NCBI RefSeq assembly: GCF_000181795.1
Contig: NW_003526941.1
Coordinates: 564,266 to 628,265, forward strand
Origin: Trichinella spiralis
Lineage: Eukaryota
Direction: 5' to 3'
DNA length: 64,000 bases
The notes below the pieces were generated by a model that ran no database searches, was not told where the DNA came from, and saw only the letters and a list, made by a program, of their open reading frames with translations. Within the stretch, counting starts at the first letter, position 1. Every line of letters starts with the position of its first letter. Both the position numbers and the translations under genes were made by a program. Positions 35,235 through 51,086 of the stretch are shown here, in pieces.

Positions 35235-38200
35235 TCAAGCATCTGCTTCGGATTTCAAATTTTTCATTTCATCTCTAAGTCTTCGTAGGTATAGTTTAAC
35301 AGAGGAAAGCGATGAATTCAATAACAATGCCTGTCGATACATCTTTTCAGCCGATGAATAACGTTTCCATCGATGGTACAAAATACCTAGAAAAAATAAT
35401 CGTTGTTTAAGACATGTTGTAAAAAATGCTCCACATTTTAAAAATAAACATCCGATTGATATCTAGAATAATTGGCCAGTGTTGCTCAAACATCATAGTT
35501 GACTGTAAATTTAATACAAATGCTAAACAAACATGAAAAGCTCAAAATAAAAGATCCAGATACTTGGCGTATTACTAAGAACAGTAACAATTTCAAGAAG
35601 ATAATTAAATTCCAAATTCTGATTTAAATATTTGTTTGTTAAAGTAGGTAAAAAATTCTTCTTACCCATATTAGCATAATAAGTAGGGTTTGAAGGATCA
35701 CCGGTAAGTGCTATTTTGAAATGCTTTTCAGCTTTCGAAAATTCTCCACTTTGCCCATAACATGTGGCAACGTTAAAATGTATAGACGAATCTTGAGGAA
35801 TATATTGAAGTGCTTCCAATCCTATGCGAACCGCTTCGTTGCACTGATTTACGCTAGTTTCCAAAATCATTAAATTGGACCACGCTTTGGAATGCCAACG
35901 TCGAACGCGAGTGGCATTTTTCCAACACTGACGAGCATCGTTGATGCGATTTAAATGTGCGTACTGAAAAAAATTTCACCGTCATGCAAACAAAAATTCT
36001 TCAAATATGGAATTGTAGAATATTTTCCACCGTGAAAACATACCAAATTGCCTAAATTATAAAGGCAGTCGGCATAATTCGGTCGCAAATGAAGCGCTTT
36101 CAGATAGCATCGCTCTGCTTCTTCGTTTTTCTGCAAGGCTGCTTTCACGACTCCCAAATTCATCCATGCAGTAACAAATGTTGGACTTCAAAGTAAACAG
36201 TAATATAATAAACTGAGACATTAATATCAATTTGTCTGAACAAAGTATCTATCAAAGTAAAACGAAAAAATAATTATTTCTTTATATCTGTATATAAAAA
36301 TAAATTTATAATATTTACTAAAAAAAATTTTTTTAACACTACTGCTTAATGTACATTAAAAATGCATACTTAACAATCACAGCTTTATCGAGCAAATATT
36401 CCGCTTCCGCGAGTCGCTTATCGTCTTTCAAAATATTAGCCAGATTGTTCAGCGCTTGCTCATAATCAGGTTTCAAACTGGACAAATTCAAATTTACAAA
36501 TTTATAATCAACATCACAGCACATACTTGATTGCTTTCAAATAATGATTGTATGCTTTATCTTTATTTCCATCATCTGCATAAACCTTGGCCAAATTGTA
36601 GTGCACTTTGGCATTATTTGGGCACACAGATAAACCGGAAAAATAAAGTGTGTACTCATTTTGCCACTGAATGCTTCTCATGATTGACTTTAAAGTGAAC
36701 ATGATGATCATTAACCAAAAAAGCTTCTTAGCCCAGTTCTTGAAAACCAAAATAAAAAGAAAAGAAATTAATTAAAATATATGTCTGTTGTTTTAAATGT
36801 TAATTTCACTTACAGATAATTTTGGTTTTTCAATAACTGTTTTCATAAATGCGTACGCAATTAGCAAACAATATCCTAATGATGGAATATATAATACACG
36901 TTCAGCGATGACAAAGCCAACCGAAACAAGCATATTGCTAGCTGGCAAAAATGGAATGACTAGTGCCATTAAGCTGGACAAAATACAGCTAAAGTAAAGC
37001 AATTTTTTTCTAATTTAAATTATTTAAAAAATCATAAAAACGGTAATAAATACTTGAAATCAAACGAATCAAGCTTCGTTAGTCGTTTTAGTAAAACGAT
37101 ACCCGCAAAAACTACACCCACAGTTGATAAAATTGTAAACCAAAGTCGATAATCGCTCATCGTCGTAATGAGCGGAATACATCCCATAGAATAGTCAAAA
37201 CATAATGCTGATGGATTCACCAATATCCAAAAATTGAACATCCACAGATACAAATAATTTATTACCTACAATTTATAAATAACATTTATTGAAACATGAA
37301 AATGTAAAGTATCATCGAAGAAATAATATTTTACCCGAAAAAATTTATCAGAATGAAATGCTGCTGGATTATCTGCAGCAGTGAACTGCGGCTTCGTCCA
37401 TGCCATGACGTGCATTCGCAAAAATAATAGAGAAATCAAACTGATGAACAAAAAGCTCAGACGAAACAGAATGGTCAAAATAGCATTCTAAATTAAAAGT
37501 AATAAATTTCAGGTTTTTTTCCTTCCGTTAAAGTTTCAGAAGAAGATAAAATTTTAAAACATATTAAAAATGGAATATATCAAATATCTTGTTTCCATTT
37601 TCATTTAATTAATAATGTGCAATTAAAATCACAACTGAATTTCCTACTTTATCAATCAATCAATCAATAGCTCAATTGTTCGCAATGCTTATCATAATAA
37701 AACAGATAATTCTGTTATTCAAATAATGTCTCAAGTTAAAAGATAAAACAATTACTAATACTGAAAACATTTTGTGCGCAAACTGTGGTGCCCATAATTG
37801 AAATTCAATTTTTGTCATCCATAGATAAATTGAATAAAAATCATTTAATCGAGTAATGAAAATATTTAAGCTAATTATTATTAATCATTGGAGAACGAAA
37901 AACTTATTTAATGCAGATTACTCACCAATGGCATTTCCTTCTTGTCACTCACATTATTATTATTATTATTATTTGATTGAGCTTCGTTACTGCACCGCAT
38001 ATAATCGTAGCAGGCTACAACTTTTGGACCGGAACAAACGAATATATCATAAACCATACATAATATCTGTAAAAAACAAACGGCCAAATTTGTTACATTT
38101 TTAAAGAGTACAAATAAAAAGAATTTACAAGTATAGTAATTCCTTGCTCTTTGGCAGCCAGAGCGAACGTGCTGAGAATGAAGCAAAGTAAAATGCTTTT

Positions 38201-41200
38201 AATCGAATGCCAAAGATGAACATATTTTAATGATTTCGCATAAGCGAGAAATGCTAATAAAAAGCAAAACGCAGACAACAGTTCAGCACGCCCGACAATG
38301 CTTGAAACCTGAAACCAAAGTGGAAATTATTAATTCAGTCATTCGTGACTATAAATAAATGTAACATTTATTAAATTAAAGATGCTTTTGCCTATGATGA
38401 TTGAAAACGGCTTAAAAGTAAATCCTTTTATTTTATTAAAAGCATTCGGTGCTTGCAAACTAAATTTTCTCATTTTAAAGGAAAATTAAATTTCCAGTCT
38501 TAAAAATCCATCATTTGATATTTAAGATACTGTATGATTCTTACTAAATTAGTAAGCGACTTTTAATAATAAGCTGTAAATGTGATGAATAAGATTTAAA
38601 ACAAATGTCAAAGAATATCTTCTTTATTTTTAATTTCCAATTCTTTAACAAAACAAAAAAATTGCTTATGCTTGCAAAGCTTACTTGTCTATTACCCTTC
38701 CTCCACAGAACTGATTAAATCAGATTATTCAAACTTTTGCTACTATTCATATTGTTTGCTACTAGTGTTGAAAACCAAAAATCATTACTCACCGCTTCTG
38801 CATGGACTGGATGGCATGCAAATATGACACTGCTGAGAAATGAAAGTTGCTCAAATTGGCAATCTTTAGCACCACAGGCAGATAACATTTCAACGTAGAA
38901 ATCATAACTGAGTACAGTGACAGCACCATGTAACAAAACATTGATCAAATGGTAGCCCTGAGGTTCATCTTGTCTCCATAAATAGTTCAATCTGAAGCAG
39001 TAATCATTCTTATTAAAATACTTATTCATTCGCTTCTTTTCTCTGACTTACTTATTATAAAAATATAAAATGCACGAAAAATGCTTTCAACTTTACAATG
39101 AAGATAGTTTTTTTAATTTTACATTTCAACATACGTTAAAATTAAATTAATGAATTTTCAAATTAACAAGAATTCATTAATTTTATTACTATTGTACATT
39201 AGTCAGATAAATCAATTTATAAACAGAAAAGTGAAATTAGTCACTTGAAGTACAAAAAAATAAAAATCTTAACTGATGTCATTAAATGGTTATTCAGAGG
39301 AAATTTTACAATAAGAAAAAGCATTAATCACCCCTTACTGTTAAAAGTAACTGGAAGATAAGTGAAACTGAATAAAACTTAATGATTGAAGCGTATAGTC
39401 AATCAATACTGATAAATTTCAAATTAAATTCTACCAAGTACAAAAGTAATAATAAAATTAAATGATAAAATGTTTTCAATAGTACAGCATCTGCTTGCTT
39501 ATCAGCTTCAAAAGATTTGGGAATTGATGCTCGTGGAAAATTTGCTATATTATAAAAATGCAAACACACGCCAAAACATATTGCCATCTTTGAATGTGAA
39601 TATTGTCAACTGACATTCATTAACCTATCAGCGTGCTGTTAGCGGTATAAAAATTATCCTCTATTGCAATAATGGATCTGCTCAGTCTGAGAGCACAGAT
39701 GCCGGTCAATTTTCCCTTCTCGGACAATTAAGCAGACCAATACGAGCAAACAGTCGAAGCTCTTTCACCAGTTGTGAAAAGGTGCTTGACCATCATGCCA
39801 CCGTCCAGTGTGGTATTTCATAATACATTCTCGCTGACCTTCACATTTAGCTTAAACAAAGACACTGACCAATCGGCTATCACCAATAATGATGAAAAAG
39901 ATAAAAGAGAGAAGAAGAACAATTTACATGCTTGCATTCAATGAAAGGGTTGAAGATTGATGAATGTCCAATTTCTAATAATACATAGCAGACTCAGCCG
40001 GTGGTCAATACGCTTTTTCCGGCTACTTCCGGCCGCTTGAAACAGTCTAATCACGTTAAGCATCATTTATCGAAGCGCAAACGAAGCAACATGCCTGCGG
40101 CAACAATATCCGATTAGCGTCTAAAGCGGAAAATTATGGTCGAAATTCATTAACACGCTGTGATTTTCGACCGACTCGTTGCGCAATTATGCGAGATCCA
40201 GAACGTCTTCAACGACGCCAAGCAAAGAAAACAAGCGCCCAACGGACGAGCAGAATAATGGATAAAAGCGAGAAAGTAAATGTCAAAAATAGATCAATCA
40301 TTAAAAATAGGAAAAGCAGAGGACAATTGACCCTGCCATTTTCTAACCGAAACCAGACTGACGTCTTCAAATGCTTCTTCAATAGCAATGCTACTTTGGC
40401 GTTCGACAGCACAAACACACGCCTTACTTATTTCTATCTGATGTTCACTTGACAAATCGAACACTACTGCACCAAAGCAAAGCAGAAAACTTCAATTAAC
40501 AAAACCTTCACATTATGTCACTTTTCATAAATCCCACTCTCTACCAAAGCAATTACACAATTGTCACTTTTATACATTATGCTAAAGCTGATTGTTTAAT
40601 TTCAATTATGCAACTCGAATTCTTATTTTGTAATACAATTTTCTCCTACCTACCCTTCGATCACAATTCAATAAGTGTGATGCAAAAAAATTCAAATATT
40701 TCTGGGCAATTCTTATCTTTATAAGTACAACTGCTTCTTTTTTAAATTTAACTTCAACATTTATACAACTTCCAGTAGTGCTTGTAAAATTAACTGTACA
40801 AATATAATTAAAAATTAAAATATGCATGCAATGTTTGCAAAAAGGAATCGCACTAAAAGCACATCATAAAATAATATGAATACATGTTTTTAAATTTACC
40901 TGAATGATAAGGTAGTTAGCGGTCGCCAGGATTTGTGACTTTGATTTGAAGTTACTGGACGACCCCAAAAATCGTTTTGCAGAAACTGCCACCAACTTTG
41001 GCCGCTGGCCAAAGTCCAACGAACATCCGCATTATGGACGATTGCTTCATAGTCGTCAAAAACAAATCCTGCCGGTATACTGGCAGCAAAGCATATCACT
41101 GCCAGAAAAAATAAATTTGTTCGACGCCTGTAAAATGCATTCTTCGGCAAGAAAAATCTGCACAGCAACGGTATCCACTGGGAAGAACAGCATCTGCTCG

Positions 41201-41225
41201 TTGATAAGGATGACAAAGTTGGCAT
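35235..41225 (-). CDS. TMTC4: Protein O-mannosyltransferase TMTC4 (transmembrane and TPR repeat-containing)
   Basis: Exon 41225-40900 has [24 protein letters not shown]. Later exons encode [78 protein letters not shown] and TPR repeats ([35 protein letters not shown]). The last exon 35386-35235 ([10 protein letters not shown]) is typical of TMTC4. Confidence 0.92.
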
Positions 41226-42253
41226 CTAGCCTATTCAGGCAAATATTCTAAAATGAAACATAAAATAATGAAATTACATTTGTCAATGGACATTTATTGA
41301 AAACAGCATTAATTAAACGACGCATTTGTCATCATGTATTTCATAAAGATGACAGTTTTCTTCACTCGGCTCTAACAATGAGAAAAGCAACCGTGAAAGA
41401 AAGTGGCATTTGGCAGCTGGTAACAAATAAGCCCCTCACTCAAGTATTGCACTGAGAATAGGAATGAAAATTTCTACTAGCCAATCAACAGCGATCACGC
41501 TGACTGAAGCTAAAATCTTTATCAAATATATCATACTGACATAATTTTCACCAATAAAAAATACATATTTCTTTTTATTGAAAAATCACAGATCAATATG
41601 TAATAATCAATTTTAAAATTTCTTCAAATCTAGCCTAAAACATTTTTGAGTGATCACAGCTGGATATTTGGAGGTAGAATAAATTTCCATTTGGTACAAA
41701 TTTATTATAATCAATAACATTTTTAGCTTGTTTATTATTAAAACTGCAAACCAAGCTGAAACATTTTATATGAAATTAATAACAATACAATCGATTTCAT
41801 AGAAGATGCCAGCCACGAACGTTTCGAATAACCAACTACTGCATATGAAAATTGTTGCTTCCAAAAATATTGCAAGCAGAAAAAATTACATGATGTAAAC
41901 TGAAAAAGCAGAAATTATTACCCCATACGGCTACGTTATCTTTTTTTTTTCAATGCTCAACTAACACAATCACCGCAGAGAGATTATCTATTTATTTATG
42001 GGTCTTCCCCGCAGACCAATGTAAAATTAGAACAATGTACTCCCATCCGGAGCCATAAATCACCGTCGCCAGCTGACTGCAGGCTTATCATCCCCAATGT
42101 GAACCGCATCTGTTGTAAAAGAATTGTTGCTCGTAGTACAAAAATACAGCTCTGATAAAGCAGGTGGTTGGATTTCACAAATCACTCTTTCAGCAGGTGA
42201 AGCAAAAGCAATGTGCTTTTCAAAGTTGCTCATATTTCAATGACTCTCACCGA

Positions 42254-42258
42254 TAATG

Positions 42259-42288
<30 letters not shown>
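42254..42288. repeat. (AAT)n microsatellite
   Basis: ataatgataataataataataataataataataat. Confidence 0.9.
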
Positions 42289-42290
<2 letters not shown>

Positions 42291-43522
42291 GTTCACAACT
42301 TCTCTAAAGAGAATTTTTCAGTTGAAAAAATGTTTGAATTTTGATAATTTCTTTCGTTTCAAAAAAGTTGAACTAGCATAGATGACTGAGGGTGGTCACA
42401 GCCTTGAATGGAATCCCTTCATGAGAGTGTCAGGAACAAATTAAACCTTCATAATGAAAACAAGCGACCCTAAATGACCTCTTCATCAGGGAACAATGAA
42501 CAGGCCAAGGGCGCCGTCCAGCAAATAAGCAGTAACAACAGGCTAGTTATCAATCAATCTAACAAAATCATATGATAGGATCAACAAAAAAATGCACTTT
42601 TGCTCTATTAAGCTTGTAATAATAAGCTTCCTCGTCTCATAAAATGACAAAAAACAACCTTTCAAAATGTCAAGTACGGCAATAATTGTATAAATTGAAT
42701 AGCATAAAAAAGTTGCACCTAGCTAATATAAATGACAACGACAACAACGCGCATGACATGAGCACAAATTTAATGCAGAAAAAATCACTTCTTTCATAAA
42801 GAATTATTGCATCATTCAAAATGCAAATTTATTCATTTACCGTAATAAACTTTAAGTTTTTCTATAAAAATAAAATGCCTTCATGCATATAAATTGACTG
42901 TGCATTTACATTTCAATAAATGTCAGGTGGTCACAAATATAAATATAAAAATAAATAAATAAATATATATATACTGCAAGTTAACTCACTTTTACTAATT
43001 CCCTTATAAAATTGTTGACTTACAAATAAATGATTAGTAAAAATATTAATTAAAAAAATTTTTTTAATATCAATTTATCACTGACAAAGGAACAAATGTA
43101 CTGTGCAGAAAAAAGTAATTTTCCCTTTCTCCAACATAATCAAAAAAGTTTTGAAAAAATTAAATATTTCAACATTTTCAATGCTCTGCATGATATGAGA
43201 CCATTGGAAATAATCGTTGATTAACTAACAATGGTATGAATGAATGAATAATACAGACAAAATAAATTCGAGCTAACAAAAGCGTCGTATCATGTGACAA
43301 TGAATCAGCTGGGGGCGAGCAGTGAAAGCTTTGTTTATTCTATTTTGTTTACACACAAACATCTCGCATCTATGCAGCCTTATGCAACGACGTACTGTGC
43401 TGCTGTTCATTTCGTTAACGTTGAATTGTTAAATGCAAGTCGCATGTCACACGTTTATTCACATTTAATTTTCAATAATCAATTTCAAATTTTTGTAATA
43501 CTTTGCAATTATAACTTTTAAA

Positions 43523-45712
43523 AATGTCCGTTACTCATCCAGCTTTGAAAAAACTAAAAGGTAAGAAAATTTGTTGCTTTTGCTTTGCATACAATCGTCA
43601 GAATCTGCAGCTGTTTACTAGATTTCATCCGTTCATTTTACGAATTTCCTGATGCAATTACCGACAAACATGCAGAATTGAAATCATTCTGCATTGCCGT
43701 TGAAAATATCTTATATTTTGGAACTTGCTGTACACACGAGCAGTCTTATTGCAATATTAAAAAAAAACTATCGCTATTGCAAATAATGCATTTAAAATGT
43801 TTAGACAAGCGTGAGAAAACATCAGATATCCTTTGGAATTGCCTGTCGACGTTAGATTTTTACTACAAAAGACATGAGTAAATTTTACAATTAAATTTGC
43901 ATTACAATTTCACAAAGGTCAATTATTAAGAATTCCCGCAGCAGTAGAAAACTGTGTAAAATACGTTCTCAGACGAACCAACGTAGTGAGTGGAATCGGT
44001 CGACTAAGACTTGTCATACGTTACGGTCTTCAATACAAAATTTTACATTCAATATTTTCCATACTCTTACGCAAACCACTGCTGATGAATGTAATGGAAA
44101 GAGGCCATTTCATTCAAAAATATGCTTATTAACTGTTGCTGTTGAATTATTGCAGACAATTTATGACAACTGCTCTGTAATGGGAGACGATATCTTGGCA
44201 GAAATTTTGGTCTCAACATTAGAAGTTTTAAAAAATTGCCGTTTCGAACTCTCACTGAAGGTAATTTTTTGCTCAAATATAAAAACAATGTTATTTTAAA
44301 AAAATATAATATTCTCACTGTTTTCTTGCGAACTGTTCAATTTCAGAATTCCACATTTCTCGACAAAGATTGGGTGCTTCCCGAGTACAGAATTTATGAA
44401 TTTGTCCCGTGCGACAAAGTTGGCTTAGACATAAAGTAAGCTGAAAATGAGAATCAACCTTCTGTAGTGGACAATTTTTTGATTTTCTAAGATATAACAC
44501 AAAAAGATTAAAAAAAAATTCATTTCATTTAGACTCATCAAAGGTTACGCATTAGTTCTGGACGTTGAAGCTGGTTCAGTTGCTGATGAAGATGTATGCC
44601 ATTTTTAGTAAACTGATTATTTAATTTTCTTAGTTCAATTTCAGTTTAAAATAAAATTTTTGCAAAACATCTTTCACGTGGATATCAGATTATCATTTAT
44701 TTAATTAAAATCATAATAAGCCATGATGATAATATGTTATGATTTGCATTTAAAAATCTCATCTTGGTAAAAAAAAACTTTAGTTTCATTCAAATTCAAA
44801 TTTTAATTCTGAACTTCACTTTTAAGTTTCAGATAGAGCCTGGAGATATTATAGATGAAATCTATGGCCAATGCACGTTTAATCTTTCCAAGGGAAAAAT
44901 TATTCAAATTTTAGATGAATACAAACGCACGCCTGTATACATGAACGTAGTAAAGGTCAGCATGCCATTGAAAGGGAAATATAATTCTAATTTCAATTTA
45001 TCAAATTTCAGTGTTTGGACTCGAATGATGAAATTTTTGAACCCCTGCAATTTATCCTAGAAGATGCAAACCTGAATCCTAATATGTTGCTTGCCAGACG
45101 CTTAGAACGTTTAGAAGAGGCAGCAATCGAAAATAACACCAAAAAAAATTTATCACAAGATGAAGAAAATGACCAAACTGATCACCGCTTCATTGCATCT
45201 TACTGCGGCTGCTGCGAAGTAGCCGAAGGAACAGTCTCTGAGCAGATAGGAATTGGCATACATGACGTTTCAGCTAAATGTCAACAGGTGAAAAACATCG
45301 TTTTAGAAATAAATGTTACAAAAGCTATTTCGTCATTATGCGATACTGGAGAGGTATGCAGTAACATTTTCAGTAGCTTTCTTTATTCCAATTTAGCATT
45401 TCATGAAGATTCTGTTCGAACATACTTTTACGGAGATTGTTAGCTGCGGACGGCGGGTAGACCATCCAAAGCTTTTCGCATACGTTGTAGGGTGAGTGAT
45501 TCATTAATATTTCATTCAGTATAAATTTTCCTAATTTTTTAAATAACATACAAAAACTTTTACTGAATCAGAAAATTTATTACAGAGATTCGTCTTATGC
45601 TTTAAAGAAACATTATGTGTGCTATGTTTTCAAATTTGCAAGTGACGAGGAAGTATGCACCATGATGGCAGAATTTTCAAAAGGATTCAACAGAATGCAT
45701 TGGCTAGCTTAA
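43523..45712 (+). CDS. Uncharacterised RUN + PDZ + PTB/PID domain adaptor protein
   Basis: ATG 43523 (MSVTHPALKKLK). RUN-like motifs: LKSFCIAVENILYFG, SGIGRLRLVIRYGLQYKIL, IYDNCS. PDZ-like segment: DKVGLDIKLIKGYALVLDVEAGSVADED..IEPGDIIDEIYG. PTB-like C-terminus: FIASYCG..ILFEHTFTEIVSCGRRVDHPKLFAYVVG..YVCYVFK..FSKGFNRMHWLA*, TAA at 45710-45712. Domains were recognised by eye. Confidence 0.75.
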
Positions 45713-46240
45713 AGATTATCTTAAAAATAATTCTAACTTGTCAACGAATAAATAAAAACTGTTGAACATTGAAACTTCCATTTTAATATTCACCCATAAC
45801 GCTTATAATTGACGTTGTGAACGCAGACATATGTTACATGGCCTAAAGCGGCTGAAAATGTAATTTTATAAACCAAGGTGAAACATTATTATTATTATTG
45901 CACATTAAAAAACAAAATCAGTCAAATGAAACAGTTAACTGCTGCATTCTGACATTTTGAAAAGAAGCTTTTCATTTAAACATTAATATTATATCAAAAT
46001 ATAAATGCACTGACAGCTTGAAAGATCATCACTATCCAAACAATGATAATAACTGAGCGGTGTTTATTGAAGTAGATTTTAAATTTACTTTCATTCCGCA
46101 GATGGCAAACTTCAGACTACAAAATGATCATTTTGCAAGCGGTAAAATCAATAAACAGCTTCCGTAACTAGGCGACACAAAATACACACAAAACATGCTT
46201 TGCAAAAGTTACTGCCATGCAACCACACGTTTCACCACTC

Positions 46241-48755
46241 ATGCTACAATTAATTAACTTCACTGAACTTATCATAGCCGTGACATGTGCTGCTTTTGTC
46301 ACAGGTAAGACTTTATGATAGTTTTTTTTTCATTGTTAAAACGTTCATAAGAAATTTCTAGCTGACAAACTGTCAATGATCTTAATTGAATTGTGATTCA
46401 AACTGTTTATATGCTTCAGACTGCCTACCTGTAAACGAAGACCTATTATGCAATAATTATTTAAATGCAAGATTAATTAAGCAATGTGATCGCAGGTAAA
46501 TTATCTGTTTTTTCCTCAAGTATTTTGCACCAACCTTAAGCATTTACAGAAATAACTATTTCAGAAATACAAACTGCCCCTCTGCAAATCCACTGTGCAC
46601 AGTTTATGACAATTCAAATCAAAATGCAAATAAAGATGATTCAAACATGGAACGTATAATGAACATTGAACAATATGAACATTATTCGAATTTCAAAAAA
46701 GTAAACAAAAAAAGTCAACAGTATTCTGATGAACAACCAATTGATCAAAAAATTCCAGATAAATATACCGTAAGCTATGTAGTGTATAATAGTATAATAA
46801 TGATTTGATTCAATCATGACAATAATTTAATTTTAGCTCTTTTTAGAAAGAAACCCCACTATTGGCCGTTTCAGAACAAGATGAATTATTCTATTTTGTT
46901 TTTCCACGACCCTTTTTGTCAAACAATTGCAACTATGATTCTACTTCTGGTAAATTCTTTTCCAATCTTTCATATGCATGTATCAGAATTTTAGCTTTTC
47001 AGAATTTTTGCATAATGAAAAGCACCTCTGCACAGAAAATACCAATAATCTTCAGAAACGCTGCGAAACGGAAAGGACTTTATCTGCAAGTTTCTTTTAT
47101 AAAGGCTATCGACTTTTGAAGGTATTTGCTTTTACTCTACGCTCTCATCAAGACAAATTGCTTCAAAGTAAATAAGATAAACATATTTACATAATTAAAT
47201 AACAAATTGAACTCTACCTCAAATCAACTGTAAAATCATAAAAACAAAATTTCCAAGCACGTAAACTGTAAGTTTGGGCATATTAAAATTTTCAATGCCA
47301 AATTAATTAATGTTCTCAAAAAAATATGATATTACAGATAAAATCTTGGTATTTTTCAGTCACCAAAATTTCTAAAAGAAAATGTCGTCACGAGGAATAC
47401 TTTCGCAGACAAAAGTATGAAATAATTGTAAAGTTAATGTTTCATTCCCATTATGCTATTTCAGATAATTTTAAATCTTTATACAACAATTCTATCACTG
47501 TACCAATAACACTGTGGAATGGTCTGACAAACAGAAGTAAAACGCGAAATATACGATTTCATAATCATGATTCTAATAAGGATTCATATTTTGATTCATC
47601 GAAAAACATTTGCCACAATGTGGCTCTAAAAGTAAGTCACCCTTTTTTAATTATTGAATAATAAAAATAATTTAAAGGTTGATTTTACAATCAAAGTCAG
47701 CATAGACAATTTGATCGATGAAGCGTATGTTGTTGTGAGAACCGGTGATGTGGAGGCAAACAGTAGCACTACCTTTTCGCGGCAATTTTCCATAGAATAT
47801 AAAACGTCTGATTATGTATGTAATATAATTTCATTTGTTTAATATTAAATGCAACGTTCATGTACAGATGAATGAAAACGTCCAAAACACAAATGAAGGA
47901 TACAGTGTAGGATCAGAGATTGCTCTTCTGACAGAAGAAATTAAAGAAAATACAATTCCTAATTTAAAAATTTTGGATACCTTTTTACCAAAATCAGATG
48001 GACTTTGCAAAAATGCAAATCGCATTAACATCCGATTTGGTTATACTACCATAGCAGCATGTTTTTTGGAGTAAAGATGATAATACTGACACATGCTATT
48101 TGTTTAACTACTATATACTTGTTTTAGATTTCCAAAACAACTGAATTCAACCAGCTGCAAAACTTTTCAAGAATCAATTGACAATTACATATATTTCAAT
48201 GCATCTTTTTGGAAACTTTCAAGCACTTATACCGCTTCAGAGAATAGCAACGAAAATTGGATTCCAATATTATATGGCAGTAGAATACCAAGTCAGGTAA
48301 CGAACAATTTGCTTAAAAATATACGAATGCTTTAAAGTACATTTTAACCTTATAATTCTCAAGAAAAACAATTTTTAAATAATCTCAACTGCTTGAACTT
48401 TACAGCAGGTCAAGTTTGAAAATGGTCAGTGCCAAAATATTGTACTTAAAGCTACTTTTGAAATATTGGTTATCAAAGCAGGCTCTTCTGCCAATCCAAA
48501 AGTTACAATTATAGGCGCATCCGTAAAACCGGATGCATATTACAATCTCCCTCCAAAGGTAAATGGTAAAACAATGAGAAGTTACTACTTACAAACTGAT
48601 TATGAATTAAATAGGTACAAAGTCCAATACACGGCTCTTTACATAATGAAAGAAAATATACTATCCAGCTCACTGTAAGCTTCAATGAAATCAAGAGACC
48701 AGACAAAGCAGAAGAAAATGTTTTCAACATTATATTGAAAAAACTTGGATGGTGA
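46241..48755 (+). CDS. Tectonic-like ciliary transition-zone protein (TCTN1 family)
   Basis: Signal-peptide-like start MLQLINFTELIIAVTCAAFVTDC (exon 46241-46304). Tectonic-like blocks: YTKETPLL..FVFPRPFLSNNC..FLHNEKHLCT, CHNVALKVDFTI, GYSVGSEI, RINIRFGYTTIAAC, AGSSANPKVTIIGA, IQLTVSF. Stop TGA at 48753-48755. Confidence 0.75.
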
Positions 48756-49921
48756 AATAAGGCTCTGTTACTACTAATTTGCCAGCTACAACAGTTTCCA
48801 TTGGAAAGCTGCAAAATCTAAACTGCTCAAGACATCGTGATATCTCAATGTTCAATTCTTATTTATAACTGATGCATTTGCATAGGCTTAACAATGATTA
48901 TTGCTTAACATTACCAGAATTTGTTTCAAATAAAATCGAATGGAAAATTCATGATTTATAAATTGCATTTTTTTAGTAATCATATAAAAATGTAAAAATA
49001 TAATTTGTTGCCTACCTGACATCGCTTCGTTAAGTGACGCTGAATTGTAATATGCGGTGAAAATACTGAGCCAAGAGAAAAACTATTTTTCAATCATAAT
49101 CAGCACGGTTGTTCAATCGACAGCAACCAACAACGACCAAATGCTTCCTAGAAAATGGATTGTTTATGTTATGCAAATTATACTAACATTGATAAACTAA
49201 TCCGCTGAAGAGCTAGTAATTATCTTTAACGCATTTCATCGATGATAAGCTAAGCACAGAAAACGTGATGTCATTTCAACAAGTGTACACGAGTCCATTG
49301 TTCATTTGAAAGAGTTCGTTGCATAGAGCTTCTTTTTAACAGATAAAATTTTTACGAGCAGTTTTAAACTAAAAGTAAGCAATGAGCTCCAAAAATTACA
49401 ATAACTCAAAAATTAATTTATAAATATTATATAAAGTACATTTTCAAAGCTTACTTTCATATTAACCAACTTGAAATTAACATTGATGATTACTGCGCTT
49501 AAAGTTGTAATATTGTACTTGATTATCAAACATTACTATCGTCGTGTGAGATTGTTTCGATTTTTGAAAGTGGTTCAAATTAATCAAATATTTATTATTA
49601 TTTGGCATTTTTAAATCAGGAAAAATTATGATTAATTGTATAGATATTACTGTAAGAATGTGATTGTTTACAAAACTTTGAGCAGGAAACAATTTCTATG
49701 TAAGATATTAAACGCATAATGGCTTGATTTCCAAGTAAGACGTTCTCATAAAACAGAAAATAGCTCGTCGTAGATGAATAATAGATTTTTGTTTCAATAT
49801 TCAGCTGCAACTTCTGTTAAATCGAAAAGTTGAAACCAAATTAATGCTGCATTATTTTCTTAAAATGCTTTTCAGCACACGCGAAAGAAGCTCAGAGTTA
49901 GTTATCCGCTGATCAGCAACC

Positions 49922-51086
<1,165 letters not shown>

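Noticed and set aside
39600..40460. GC-richer island with several TGACC/GGTCA motifs in TMTC4 intron 1
   Set aside because: It may be an enhancer, but the motifs are short and enrichment cannot be established by eye. The ORFs here look non-coding.
43826..43834. ATATCCTTT U12-type donor motif (also at ~3933)
   Set aside because: It lies within an open coding exon (SDILWN) with no matching U12 branch site or AC acceptor. The 3933 copy is in decayed sequence.
46203..46253. RING-H2-like peptide LLPCNHTFHHSC
   Set aside because: It is immediately followed by a stop, lacks the other zinc ligands, and overlaps the tectonic start in another frame; probably chance.
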